Made by a program: the position numbers and the translations under genes. Positions 35,136-49,000 of a stretch of DNA of 64,000 nt are shown here, in pieces. Origin of the DNA: Torpedo marmorata (Eukaryota). The stretch lies in NCBI GenBank assembly GCA_977017645.1, contig OZ360238.1, positions 58,466,001 through 58,530,000 on the forward strand, given 5' to 3'. The first letter of the stretch is position 1. Every line of letters begins with the position of its first letter. The notes below the pieces were generated by a model. It was not told the origin of the DNA and made no database searches. It saw only the letters and a list, made by a program, of their open reading frames with translations.

Positions 35136-35629
35136 CAGCCCAACACTTTGCAGCAAGTTTAATGGGCCATTAATGTGAGAAATTAATTTAAGTTCTTAAA
35201 AATAATGGGAGACTAGGGAGGAGATGCTGCTAATAAGAAATTGTTTAATTGACAGCCACTTAAGTAGATCCATCACTTCGAGAGCATTTCTTATTCCCCT
35301 GAATCCTTTGGATGTTCATATCTTTTTTCCCCTTTCCTACAGAATCTGGCCACGTTTGTTGTATTGCATGGGCTCTGTTTCTGTGAATTATTTATCATCC
35401 TTATCGTACTATCAGTTTCTTGAAAACATGTTTATGTTTTTTCAACTGCTAATTAATTTAACTTTATCCTTAGAATAAAGACTGAAATAGTTTAACTTAA
35501 ATATTTTAATTCTGAATATTAAAATAAAAACTAGATCAATTGACCCACAAAATGAGAGATTAGATTATTATTGGGGGAAATATCTATTATAAAAGAAGTG
35601 TACTAAGATGCTGGACCAACACCTCACTT

Positions 35630-35815
35630 GTCTGATGGAAGTAGAGCATTCCATTATTCCCATATATGGCAGTGCCTCAGTATCCTGGACAATATTTATC
35701 CACCAAGCAACATCTAAAATAAATGATCAAGCCAAGTTATCTTCACTGGTTTTCAGATCTTGCTGTGCATAGATTGGCACCCATGTTTTCTGCACTGCAA
35801 CACTGAAGACTACTG
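35630..35815 (+). mobile_element. DeuSINE fragment
   Basis: TCCTGGACAATATTTATCC..CAACATC...ATCTTGCTGTGCATAGATTGGC. Confidence 0.55.
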
Positions 35816-36350
35816 GAAGGCGACTGAGATGCTTCCACTCCTTCAGGATGACTCCACTCCTTCAACCAACAAATCATGTGCTGAATCTAGCTGGCAACTG
35901 GAGCATGAAGAGAAGGATGCTGAGAGAGAAGTGACGAGTGAGGGGGCAGTGGGCTGCAAGTGTGCTGAGTGGATGGAAGAGAGTTGAAAGGGAGGCAGGG
36001 CAGGGCTGAACTGAGGAGAGAGCATCTTAGAGTTGAAGAGAACAAGGGAGTGGTGCCAAGGAAGGAAATATGAACATGCGTGCACACACATGTATGTTTA
36101 TCTTTATGAACATATGTATGCTGTTTGTGGTGTTAAATTAATGTACAACTGTCTGTGACCCCTTGCCAGAAGAACAAGTCCTAACTCTTTCAAGACCAAA
36201 TGGCATCTGGCATGCAGTGGCCATCCCTCATTCAGATAGAGGCATCTTCCTTTCCATTCCATTTCTTGGAGTGCAAGTAAATCTTCATTTTGTCTGAGGG
36301 AATGCCTACAAAAAAATTGATTCTAAATCTTTAGTCAGGATAATTCGTAT

Positions 36351-37215
36351 TGTTACGTCGCAGACCAGCAGCAGTAGAAATTCACCAAGACAGTGTTAAT
36401 GTTTTTCTTTTAAAATAATATATTTATTAATAACTACTAATAATATAACACATTAATTAATTTAACCCCAACTATGCGCGAATATACTTATGTGTGTGTG
36501 TGTGTGTGTGTGTGTGGGATACCCAATCCATTACAGATTAAGCACAATTCTGGAAAGTCATTCCAAAGTTCAGTCTTAGAAATCCTGCGTCGAAACGCAG
36601 ACTTTTAAACTGATGCACAGAAGTAATCAGGAAGGAGGTGGGAGAGACTGAGTGACCGGACTGCTGAAAACTCACGATTCCTTGTTGAGTTTCTTGCTGA
36701 GAAATATCCTTTCGGATGAACGGTTGTCACAACTCCCCTTTTCCTTGCGTAGGGGAAACGAAATGTGTGACTTCCATGATGCTTCCAAACACAGGTATGG
36801 GTCAGTCGAAATGACCATTACTTTGGTCACGATCCGATGCAGCTATTCTCTTGCTTCCTTTACCCAGATACGGGTCAATCAAAGTGACCATTCCTTTGGT
36901 CACGGTGTGGTTCAATAATTCCCCTGACAGAGAGAATCAGCCGAATTGTCTATTTCTCTCCACCTCAGTGTTCCATGAAATAGCTGGTGGTCAATAATGA
37001 ATGCTGTTTTCTTCAGTGTTCCACTCACATGACTCTCTCACCACCTGTGTCCCTGGAAAAAGCAACAAATGTTCTTTCTCTTCCTCCAGAGTATCAAATT
37101 TGGGTATAGTCTGTACTAGATGTTGCCACCCAGTCTCTCCACAGCTGTGAATGGTTGCAGCCTGTACTCGCCCTTAAAGTGATATTCACACTAAATGAAA
37201 TGTGAGCTCGTAATA
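36351..37215 (-). mobile_element. Solo LTR (865 bp) containing a (TG)13 microsatellite
   Basis: Ends TGTTACG...CGTAATA (inverted, one mismatch); 4-bp TSD GTAT (36347-36350, 37216-37219); AATAAA on minus at ~36423. Confidence 0.78.
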
Positions 37216-39234
37216 GTATCAACCGCAACAACCCAGTGGCTGAGTTTCATAGATGTCAATCTTGATCATTAAGGGTGCAGGCAATCAGTCATTTTTGGTT
37301 CAGGCTGATCCCTACAGGAGAAATAGTGGTGTGAATAAGGTCGTCTTCCAGTATTTCTTAACTGTGCATGTTCCTTTCACATATTTGAGCTTCAAATTAT
37401 GATAAATTAATTGCTGTTACTTATGTTAACCCTATTAAATCTGTGTGATTCTGATGCTCACTCTCATGCGACCGTTGCATATGGGAACTTTGAGCAGCTA
37501 CCTGACAACAGAAATTTCATGCAAAGTATATAATGTCTGTGATAGTGAAGCATGCCACACAATCTCATTTCGTGTTTTATGAGGGAGAACTTGCAAAATG
37601 ATCTGTGCTTTCAAAAATATGATTTTTTTTTAACAGTTGCATCTTTCTAACATCCCAAGAAGAGCACTATGATATTGTGGTGACTCGAGTAGCTATTGAG
37701 TGTATCCACAGTTTTTATACATGCTGAAATTTGATGGCTGTTTTTCTTTGTTTTCTCTTAACAATTCCATTAAATGTTGACATAATTCTGCAAAAATTTG
37801 CAAGGCTTTTGATTGTTTCCATCCAAGACACTAACTAGTTTAACCATTCACACATTCATGACAGATTAATTTGTCACAACAACAATATTTATTGAAACAC
37901 TTATCAAAATGTTACCATTAGTTCCTGATGCAGTCAGTTGGTATTTAATTCTACCTGTAATTGCATATTTACAGCTCATCTGCCAGAGGCACCATTTGGC
38001 TAACTGCTTTGGAACTGCTAACCATAGCTTTCGTTCATTTATTTTATCTTATTTTATCTCAATGGTTGGTTGCCTTTTCTCCTGATTTTGGACTTGTGGG
38101 GAAGGATTCACTCGGTCTTTGATAGATTTTAACAAAAATTATTATTGGGGTGAAAGTGCAAAATAGGCAATAATAAATCTCCACCCTGTTTCACACCCTG
38201 CCAGATTTTGTTTTATAATGTAACTTGCTGAAGACAGTTTCATCCTTTTGTAATTTGTATCCAGCTGTGTATGTGAAGATTTTGGGTGATAACGGCACAA
38301 TTTTTTGATCCTGTTATGGTTTTAAAGTAGTGTTGCATTTGTCCTCTACTTAAATAAACATCATTTTGAAAACATCTGCATGAATAAAGGCAAAAAAAAT
38401 GAAGAACTCCAAGGATAATGGTTCCAAGGTGGCAAATATGCTTCTGTTGTCTTGCAGTGAGCACTTGCTTTCAGCTTTCTGTTTTTATGGCCAAACAAAT
38501 ATTTGCTTTGCTGCCAATCCTTTTAACTGTGTGAAACCATTATTTTAAATCCAGTTCAAGAAGTCAGCTGGTTATGTGGCATTGTGATTCCATTAGCAAA
38601 CAAATATTTAATTGCCCCTTGTCCATCTTTGTAAGGGTGGGGTTGGAATCTTATAAATATTATGGATTCTAGGACACTTCATCAGTTTTGGCCCCCAGAT
38701 GGGTCTCATAATGAACAATCATCTGGCTGGTAAACATGGTTTCAGTGCACCAACTGTCACCTCTGTGCCCAGTGGATCCCAGACTGAAACATAAACTCAC
38801 AGCTTGGAACTCCGAAGATTGTTCCAAAGATGAAATGCCAGCATAAATACGCGTTTCCATATATTACCTGGTTAATGTTTAGATCAATGCGAGTCTGCAA
38901 ATGCAAAATAGCAGGTCACCAGAGGGAGGAAAGTGTTCACTCAAGTCACTGTAAAAGGATGGTGCTATTTGCCTTGGATTCTCCTTCTCATTTAAAATAT
39001 AGTGTCTTTAACTTATCATTCTTTATATGTGGCTCTTTGCAGTATTTGTTGACACGATTATGGAAGAAGCCCAATTATACTCTCAACTTGTATCCATGTT
39101 CTGATAGAAGACAATAGATTATAACCAAGAGTGGTAATTCCAAGTAAAGTATACTCTTTCTGGAGCTAAAAGCATCGTGCCCCATAATCTAGCTAAAATT
39201 AGCTAATGGAGCTTGGACTAAGGACTGGAGCTAA

Positions 39235-39335
39235 AAACACAAAGCTGGAGAAACTCAGCTGGTCAAACGCTGTACTTTATGTAGCAAAGATAAAGATACA
39301 TAACCAACATTTTGGGATTGAGCCCTTCATCAAGA
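39235..39335. mobile_element. Half copy of the Penelope-derived hairpin element
   Basis: Near-identical to 25697-25770. Confidence 0.8.
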
Positions 39336-40390
39336 TCCCTTTCATTCATTTTCATTGCCTTTTCTGTGCATTTCATTAAAGAGCATTATCCTTCTTCATA
39401 AAGTATTGTTACAATAAACAAATGTTGGAAGGTGGTGCCTGAGACATCTAGTTACAAAGATAGATGCCGTAGAAAACGTCATTCTTTTAAATGTTTTGAA
39501 CAACATTTAAAAATATTAAATATTTTTTGCAAAAAAATATTTTTTGGATTTAATAGTTTTTCTCTGGCTAGTCCTATTATAGATAATCACCTTTTTCAGC
39601 CGTCTGTGATGGATGTAGGATTTAGCGAATGGTATAAATCAGGAATTCATAGTTAAAATGATCTTTTTATTAGAGATAATTGTGCCTCTTTTGAACAATT
39701 GGTAAATAAATGTAATCTTACTAATAGATATTTTTTTAGATATTTACAAATTAGACATTTTGTTCAGTCTAAGCTTTCAGGTTTTCCTCGAATTCCAAGT
39801 ACTAATTTTCTCGATTCACTTTTTAATCTACGGTTCTTTTTTCAACGTGGATTAACATCATGTATATAAAAATATTAAAAACTATAATACTTAACAAAAC
39901 AAAGCAGATGCTCCATGGTTTGATAAATTGATATTGTTGAAATGCTGAATGGTTTAAGTAAGATTACATAAAATATAAATTTATTTTTATACACTTTATG
40001 ATTAAAGGTAACACTTTTGCTTAAGGTATTAAAATTCCATTAACTTCCATTTGTTTATAAATCTTGACTATTCGCACAACACTGGAGGCCATTTTCCCTT
40101 GATCTTCAAGCCTAATTTTAGTGCATGGAAAATTATGCATAAAAAAGTGTCCCTTATATTTCCTTTCTCAAAATGTGTAACCTTATCAGAAAACGAATAC
40201 ACACCACATATTCAATAATAAACTACTAATTAGGTTAACATTTGTTCTAAGATTTAAAGAATAACAGATTCAGCCAATATTGACCATTAAATGCAACGAT
40301 TATCATGAACACCCTTGTGTTTCCACTGTTCTCGCAAAGGTCAGAGGACAAGGTTAGTTTATGAGCTTATTCTGCCATGTATCACTGCAG

Positions 40391-40457
40391 GCAGCACCAC
40401 TGAACAGCAGGATGGATAAACGCCACTCACCTCTCCATTTATTATCCCTGTCAACTG
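40391..40457 (+). CDS. Candidate coding exon C (AAPLNSRMDKRHSPLHLLSLST)
   Basis: CTGCAG acceptor, CTG|GTAAGG donor, 67 nt, phase 0 to 1. Confidence 0.35.
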
Positions 40458-41329
40458 GTAAGGGATTTCTTATGTTGTGAAAAGCCCATCAACAATGAAT
40501 CAGTGGAGTGAATACGACAGTTGATTTGTGAATTCAGATTATATGAAGTGACTAGATTTCAGTGGACTCCGTAGATAAAGAAACTGTCATGATAAAATAG
40601 GATGTGCAGTTCAGCAAACAAAATTCATCACATATCTAAGATGCTATTTCAATGTCAGGAAATAATTTGAATATGGAAGTTATTTGGCAGTTCATTTCTT
40701 TATTTTTCTCTCTGCTGCACAAAGACAGTAAAACATGTACATTGGCACTAATTACACTGCATAATAACATTTAATATCTTGCAGAATCTATATATGAATC
40801 AATATTTGCTGCTTATTTTCTTCACACAGAATTGTAATCATCTGAATGTGTAATGGAGGAGTTAATTCAAAGAAAACCTCCCAAATCTTTAAGGTGCCAG
40901 TGTTATAATCAACAGATTAGCAGTGTTTACTGAAAGATTATTTCAAGTGAGTGCACTATCCAGCAATGTTATTGAAATTTGCCTTTGAACCAAATATTTA
41001 AACGGAATATTAACAAGCTACACTTGGGTTAAAAGCATACTGAATTTTTTGTTGCTATCTGTGCAAACTGTTTTTTTTGTGTGAAAGTATACATTAAATA
41101 CAGTAAATCAACCTACAAGTTGCATCTAATCTTTTGTTAATAGGAATTTAAGTTTTGGTGCTTATTTTCCATTAATTTTAGAAATACTTAGTTAATATCT
41201 ATACTACACTAATTATTTTATTCACCTCATTGACCTTTAATTTTATTGATTCCACAAGCAATTAATATTTGCTTATTTGTTGTTAAGTAATCAAATTTTC
41301 TTTTTCTCAAACATAAAGCAGGAATAACT

Positions 41330-41920
41330 CAGAATTCTCCTTCTATGAACTGACAGCTTTGAAAGGTGGCTTTAATGTGAATATCAGCTACTTTATTGCC
41401 TTGACTTGTGTGACCTCATCTACTCGAATGAAGTCATTCACTGAGCTAAGGAAGACAAACCTTCGTTCCAGGGAATTAATCAAGTCCATCAAGTGCCCTG
41501 CTTTACAGCCTTATCTCCAGCAAGTGAGAGAGTGAGCAGTTAGAAACTTGACAGCCACCAGATAGCCTCCTGTCCTTCACGTTATGCCAACATCAAAGGG
41601 AAACAAAGAGCTTTCTAGAAGCTGCAACTATCTCTGGATAAGTGCAGCTGACATAATTTCTAGCTTGGGGATTACATTGTTTTAGAACAAGGTATTTTAG
41701 AGAGAATGACTACAATACATTGCACTGAACTTTTAACTTTTTGACGATTAACTCCACCGATAGGAATGCTCAGCACATAATAACTTGGCCTGCCTTTTCA
41801 TCCCCAGCTATCACAGAAGCCATAAACATTCCAATTAGGCAGCCAATTAAAATGAGAAAGAACCTCCTGAATTATACAGCAGTTGGAAGCTGTTCTGCCT
41901 TTTAGTTGTCAGACTGTGAA
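41330..41920. promoter_or_regulatory. Candidate conserved non-coding element / developmental enhancer
   Basis: TE-free segment with TGACAG (41351, 41549), CAAGTG (41490, 41521), CTTATCT (41510), GATAAG (41637), ACATCAAAG (41590) and AACAAAG (41602). Confidence 0.4.
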
Positions 41921-42849
41921 AGGTTTTTATTGCATTTGAACTGAAGGAGGTAAAAGAATTAAGTGAAATAGTTCTGTTTGAAAGGATTGTATGAAAGGAC
42001 TAAGCAGTGATAATGGTTCTCAGCATTAGTGTTAGAGAACTATTAGTTGGGTAAATTAAAAAAAGCTTTGTTATGCTAAAAGATGAATATTGTAGAAGTT
42101 AGAAAGATCCATTGACAAAATGAAACCAAAATCAAATTTTATTTTATCGTTACCTTATCTTAGGACAAGGTAGCCATTTGAAAATTTCTGATAATAATAA
42201 CAATATATTTCAATAATATATTCTATTCTTACAATTCTTCCCCAAATAAATATTAATCTAATTTTGTGTTTCTTATATAATGGTTTAAAATCAAAATGTA
42301 ATAAGGAGCCACGCGACATTATAAAAAAGAGACATTTCTTCTACATGGATTTCTTATTGTCATTCATTTAGTCATTGGTGGCAAATTGGAAAGTTTAAAC
42401 TAATGATACTATGAATGAAGTCACCTTTGAAGTGCTGAAGTAACCACTTACAGTAATTAGGATATCCTTGAACAAGTGTTTCTGAAGTATTGGCTGGTTC
42501 CTTGGCATTTGCCTTCTTTCCTGCCTGCTAACTAGGAAGGCTTGATCTTAGATAATTATCCACCCACTGAGCCTCCAACCATGACAGTTAGTTCTCAGGG
42601 GATTCTGGGATGCCTGTACTGTTGACTGATGACTTCAAAATGTCAGAAACATTAGGTCTGAATGTTAAGCAACAAAATTTTCTGTTTTTACTGCCTTCAA
42701 TCAAAGTTATTATGGTTTTTATAATTACTGATTGTGGGAACAATTTCTCGTCTATGAACATATGAAGAACAAATAACACAAATGAAAAGCTTCCTGCACA
42801 AAAGGTTTTGTTATCTTATACATTCAAATCAACTCTAAAAATAAGTGCC

Positions 42850-43210
42850 TTTGCCACAGATGTACAGCATCATTGATATGATGTACATTTCTTTCCTCAT
42901 TTATATTAAGCCTCTGATCAATCATTGCTGACACTGCAGTGTCTTTGTGTGAAAGGCTGTAGGACAAATGTTTTAGCTTGTGAGAAGAAATTGTTTGCAT
43001 TTGAAAAGAGAACAGTGCAGAGAGGATTAATGGCCCACTTTGATGGATTATAATGTCGGGAAATTGCTCAATATTGATATGAAAATGTTTGTGAATTGGC
43101 TGCATGGAATTGCCAATGGAAAATGAAGGCTGTTAATTTCATCTTGTCACTGTTATCAGCCTAGCTCAGCTTATGCCAAAGGCTGGTCAACAAAGACCGA
43201 TGAGTGTGCT
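42850..43210. promoter_or_regulatory. Second candidate enhancer-like element
   Basis: GGATTAATGG, overlapping CTTTGAT/TGATGGAT (43038-43048) and TGTCA motifs in TE-free DNA. Confidence 0.3.
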
Positions 43211-44342
43211 TGAAAAACAGATGAATAGGGCTGCAGTAAAAATCGATGTAATCAAAATACTGAACTTCCCAGTGTTACAATGTCAATTATTTTGTGCTTT
43301 ATGATAATATGGCTCATTATTATATGAAAGAACACTTTTCAACTAAATACCAATTATGGAATACTATTTCAGGCTGCAGTATTTGCTTCCCTACAATATA
43401 ATTGTAAATTCTGTATGCATTATTTATAAAGCACAGTAATTATAAAACTATATCCCAGTGATATGTATATATACTTACATTATTTAGCTGCGAATCTGTC
43501 AATAATTGGACGATTGTAATAAAGAAGTATCGTCTAAGCATATTCGGATATCATATTTGGGGCAATTTATTTTTGTCACTTTAGATCTTTATGACATTGA
43601 AAAGAGATTTTTATTATAAATCTGCCCCATCAATTTAAATATCTCCGACAAACCAAACATATATGCTCAATGAAAAGTAATGCTCCATACTTGATGTTTA
43701 TTCTTCAGTGTCTGACATTTATGCAGGCATCTGATTTAAATATTTGTTTCCCATTTTACTGTCTACATGGCAAGCAAATTATCAGGTAATTGTAAATGTT
43801 TTCATTTTGAAACCAGGTTTCTTAATCTCCTTATTAACAGAATTCCATAATCCTTTTTATATTTGTGGAAAATATCATCTTTTTAAAAATATATTCTATG
43901 CACATCTAAATGAATATGACAAAATCTATTTCATTCTGGGCTTCAGAATGAATGGCACAATAATTAATCCTATGAAAAAGATGAGCGAAAACCTGAGTGT
44001 CTGAATACTTTTCTTTTCACTTTCATCTATATTGTGACATTCCTATTTTATTATTTGACCTATTTGCACCATTTATCTATTTGGTTATTTCTTAGCAATT
44101 TATTGTTTTGCTTTTATTGTCATAATACGTTTTTTATTGAAAACATTCTGTCAACCTGTTATTCATTAATTTTTTTGAGTGAGTTAAGCATAATAATATG
44201 CGGTTCTACAAAACACAACTACTGTACATCAATATATAATTGTGTAATAGTGTTTTAAAATTAAGGAGCTCTATTTTAAATTTCAAATAACCACTTCATA
44301 GTTCACCAATTTCTCAAAATAAGCATTCAAAGCATCAAAGTC

Positions 44343-45085
44343 AAAGTTCAAATTTATTGTCAGAGTGCATACATGACATCACATACAACCCTGAGATTCT
44401 TTTCCTGCCGACCAGGCAGAATTTTCACTTATTGGTAACTGTAAACTGTACTCAAAGTTCAGATTTGTTGTTAGAGTACATATGTGAAATACATCAAATA
44501 CAACCCTGAAATTCTTTTTACAGCGGGCCAATCAGAATTTCTACTTATTGATAGTGCAAAAAAACTGTACTCAAGAAAAGATACAGATATAAAAGAGAGA
44601 AATGTAAGCAAACTGTGCAATACAGAAAAAAATATTCAGTAATAAATAATGAGAAAAGTAAGAGTCCTTAAATAAGTCTCTAATTAAATCTGTTGTTCAG
44701 GAGTCTGATGGTGGAGGGGTGGCAACTGTTCCTGAACCTGGTGGTATGAGTCCTGTGACACCTATACCTCTTTCCTGATGGCAGCAGTGAAAACAGAGCA
44801 TGTCCTGGGTGTTGTGGATCCTTGATGATTGCGATTCCATGTCGATGTTTTCGATGGTGGGGAGAGTTTTGCCTGTGATGTACTGGGCTATGTCCACTAC
44901 CTTTTGCAGGGCTTTCCACTCAGAGGTACTGGTGCCCCCATATCAGGCTGTGATGCAGCCGGTTAGTACACTTTCTAAAACGCATCTGTCGAAGTTTGCC
45001 AAGGTTTCCAATGACGTACATAACCTCTGCAAACTCCTGAGGAAGTAGAGAAGCTTGCGTGCTTTCTTCACGATGGAATTAGTAT
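44343..45085 (-). mobile_element. Rex1/Babar 3' fragment (third family) with two stacked 3' tails
   Basis: Tails at ~44343 and ~44455; FRNSCHPSTIRLLN ORF end. Confidence 0.88.
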
Positions 45086-45145
45086 AGAATCATAGAATGA
45101 TAAAACAGATGGATACTATTTAGATACTATATTTGGATACTAGAT

Positions 45146-45405
45146 GGGGCGGTACAGTTAGCGTAGCAGTTAGCAAAACGCTGTTACAGCTCCAGCAATC
45201 GGGTCCCGGGTTCGAATCCCACGCTGTCTGTAAGGAGTTTGTACGTTCTCCCCGTGTCTGTGTGGGTTTCCTCCAGGTGCTCTGGTTTCCTCCCACCATT
45301 CAAAAAAGGCGTACCTGGGTTGTAGGTTAATTGGGTGTAATTGGGCGGCACAAGCTCGTGGGCCGGAAGGGCCTGTTAACCATGCTGTATGTCTAAATTT
45401 AATTT
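45146..45405 (+). mobile_element. V-SINE (HE1-like)
   Basis: Same A/B box, V domain and tail as 29702-29960. Confidence 0.88.
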
Positions 45406-46011
45406 CTTTTTTTAATTTGTAAATTTATTTTCCCATTGTACTTTTTGATAGAACAATCCAATTGATTCCATTTCCCATCCAATCATTTTAAAAAATCCGT
45501 CTAAGCATTTATCCAATTCACTTTTAAATCGACTATTGATCTGCATCTGCCATCTTTTCAATCAACAACAGTTTGTTGTTCTTAGAAGAAACCTTTTCCT
45601 CATTTCTCCCCTGCTCCTTTGCCAATCATCTTAATTTTATTTTCCCTGGTTACTGACCATACTGCCATTGCATTCAGCTCAGAATACCCAAGTCCAGGGT
45701 CATCCAGCATATAATGTCCACGCTGACTATCAAGTATCTATTAAGACTAATGCCATTTTACTTTTTGCACCTCTATCAACTTCCCCAATTATACGACCAT
45801 CCACTATAATGAGGAGCAATTTATAGTGGTCAGTTAACTTGCAAACCAATATTTATTCTGAATGTAGGAGGAAACCCATGCGATCATCGTGGGAACATGC
45901 AAATGCCCCACAGCCAGCAGTGATATCAGGATTGAATTTAGGTCTCTGGAGCTCTGAGACAGCAGTGCCAACTGCTGATCTATTGTGTTGCCTCAATGTA
46001 CATCAAAAAGT

Positions 46012-47473
46012 ACTTCCTAATTTTCAAAATTATTATAAAGCAGCTCAATTAAAATTTGTTAATGAATTTTTCGATCCAAATAAAACTTCGGCTTGGATTA
46101 AAATAGAATTAAATAATATAGGAGAAAACTTTAAAGAAGAGATTATCTATAAATGGGATTCTAAATTAATATCAGTAAAAAAGAAAAATTCACCGATTAT
46201 TAAACATTTGTTAGAAATATGGGGTAAGTTGGATAAAGAGATAGGTGGAAGAGGATTAATTTCTTCAAATATGCCTTTATATCAAAATGGACTTATTCCA
46301 TTTACTATTAATAATCAATTATTTAAAATTTGGTTTCAAAAAGGTATTAAGAAGATTAATGATTGTTTTGAAGCTGGAAGATTTATTACGTTTCAAAGAA
46401 TGAAAGATAAATTTAATATATTAGATAATACATTTTTAGCTTATTATCAAGTTAAAGCTTTTTTAATTGAGAAATTAGTTCATGCTTTGATTTTACCAAG
46501 ACAAAATGAATTAGAATTATTAGTCACCAATGGAGAAGTTAATAAATTTATTTCTCAAATGTATAAATTGTTTCAGAAGAAAATGCCTAAAGTAGGAATT
46601 CATAAATCAAGATTAAATTGGGAAACAGATTTGAATGTAAGAATAGATGAAAATCATTGGAAAGAATTATGTAAATTAAGTATGACGAAGATGATCAATG
46701 TTAGATATAGATTAGTACAATATAATTTTTTTCATCAATTATATTTAACACCTAAAAAATTAAAGAAATTTAATCCGACATTATCAGGTTTATGTTTTAG
46801 ATGTAATAATGAGGAAGGTTCTTTTGTACATTATACATGGTTTTGTCCAAAGATTCAAGATTTTTGGTTGAAAGTAAAAAAAATTTTAGATAAAGTATTT
46901 AATATTACATTTCCAATGGATCCTATGTTATTTTTATTTGGAGATATTAGAAAATTTAGTATTAAAAAGAAATTAAGTATGTTTCAAGTAGAATTTTTAC
47001 GAATTGCTTTAGCAGTTTCGAAAAAATGCATTGCTATTACTTGGAAATCTGATTTAGATTTAGGATTAGAAAGATGGCATGCAGAACTTCGTTTGTGTAT
47101 ACCACTGGAAAAAATTACTTATAATCTACGTAATAAATATAATTTCTTTTTGAAAATTTGGAGCCCATATATGAGAGCTGTGGGTTTAAGGATTTGAAGA
47201 TCTCTAGATATCGGATCTACTGGCAAACTTGACCTCCGTAATAGAATTAGTTTATAGATGATATTCCCCTTACTCTATCTTTTCCTTTCTTTTCTTTTTT
47301 CTATTTTTATTTTTACTGTTACTTTATATTATTAGATTAGTGGGGAGGGGGGGTTAGGGAGGGGAGGGAGGTGGGGGGGTGAAAATATATCACATGTATT
47401 TTGACAATTTTATATTTTACTCTATGTATTTTGTGATTTAAAAGTTTAAATAAAATAATTTTTTTAAAAAAAA
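46012..47473 (+). mobile_element. L1-clade LINE, 5'-truncated, ORF2 C-terminus open (stop at 47197)
   Basis: LPNFQNYYKAAQL...CFRC..HYTWFCPKI; G-rich 3'UTR, AATAAA and A tail; perfect 14-bp TSD GTACATCAAAAAGT (45998-46011, 47474-47487). Confidence 0.95.
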
Positions 47474-47864
47474 GTACATCAAAAAGTTAGCGATCACAAT
47501 ATCATCCTCCAGTAAACACTACAGTATACCACCTTCAGTCTGGAAAAATATCCACTCACCACCAGTCTGTCCATTAGCCATTTTATATGCATGCCCATTT
47601 AATCTAATGGGCCTCAGTTTTGCTGCTGTTTAGAACATGAAACATTACAGCACAGTACCTTTTTGCCCAGATGTTGTGCCAACCTTGTATTTAATTCATT
47701 TTTTGTTCAGGAGTCCATATATGCATATATATATAAATCTTCTTCAGTGTTTGCTTCTTCAAAGAATCCTTACTAAGTTTATCAAATATAATTTGCCTTC
47801 AACAAAATTGTGCTTGCATTCACCAAATAGCCTATACTTTTGCAGTTACCATGGCGCGCAAAAT

Positions 47865-48217
47865 CATTGAGCACCGCTACCACCCCACACACAGCTTCTT
47901 TCAGCTGCTCCTGACGGGAAAGAGATACAGGAGTATCAGAGCCAGCACCACCAGACTGAGAAACAGCTTCTTCTCACGGGCAGTGAGAATGCTGAACGAC
48001 CAAAGGAACTTCTCACCCTAACCATCCGAGACTCTCATATTTACTAAACAGTATTTATTTATTTATTTATTTATTTATTTCTGCATATGTACATTTGTCC
48101 TGCGTATGTATTTTTTGCCTGTATGTGTGATATGTCTGGTTATGTGTCTGCAGGATCGGAGAACACTGTTTCGTCGGGTTGTACTTGTACAATCAGATGA
48201 CAATAAACTTGAACTTG
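47865..48217 (+). mobile_element. Rex1/Babar 3' fragment (fourth family)
   Basis: FQLLLTGKRYRSIRASTTRLRNSFFSRAVRMLN; TGACAATAAA(CTTGAA)n. Confidence 0.8.
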
Positions 48218-48224
48218 CTATTCT

Positions 48225-49000
48225 CCCCATCACAGAAATAAAGTAAGGGTGTAATATTTCAAGTTTCCCTCTCTTTTTGTGTTTCATCCATTTCCAAAGA
48301 CCTTTGGATGAAATCTGCACAGTTTTTACCCCTTATTTTGTCAGAATCTTGGATGCATTCCATTTGGATTGAACGATATGTTTACATTGGAGACCACCAA
48401 TCTTTTCACTACTCTTCTTTCTATTCGTCTTATCTTCCTTCACTACAATATGGACAGCATCCTTTTCATTAGTGAAGACAGATACAAAGTCCTGATTTAA
48501 TACAAACTGCACGCCTGCCTCCAAATGAAATTTTCTTCATTGCTTCTTAATCAGCCTTATCCTTCCTTTGACAACTGGTTTACTTGTGTGCAAAAAAGAG
48601 ACATTTTGATTTTTTTTTACATTAACTGCTAATTTATTCTAATTCTCTTTGTTCGCATTTTTTAGATTTTATCTGTAGATTTTTATATTAGTTTTCTTCC
48701 GTACTTTGATTATGAGTTTGTCACAATAGTGTAATTATATTCCCATAGTCTCTATATTCAACCAGAAAGCTCTGGCTTTGGAATGTATCTCTGCTGAATC
48801 ATGTCTTCCTTAAATGTCTCTCATTGTTCAAATACTGTTTTGCTACCAATTTTTCATTTCAATCCACCTAAGCTAGATCCCTTGTCAACACACTGATGTT
48901 AATCCTCTTTCAGTTAAGTATTTTCACACACGTATTGCCCTTTGTGCCTTGCCTATTTCCATGACTATTCTAAATCTGAAGTTACTGTAATCACTGTTCT
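48225..49000 (-). mobile_element. Highly decayed CR1 ORF2 fragment
   Basis: VLNQDFVSVFTNEKD motif on the minus strand. Confidence 0.5.

Noticed and set aside
45111-45145. Three GATACTA repeats
   Set aside because: Short junction filler next to a SINE; not a CRISPR-like or satellite array.
45839-46011. N-terminal 57 aa of the 452-aa ORF
   Set aside because: Lies outside the L1 TSD in an antisense decayed SINE; chance read-through.
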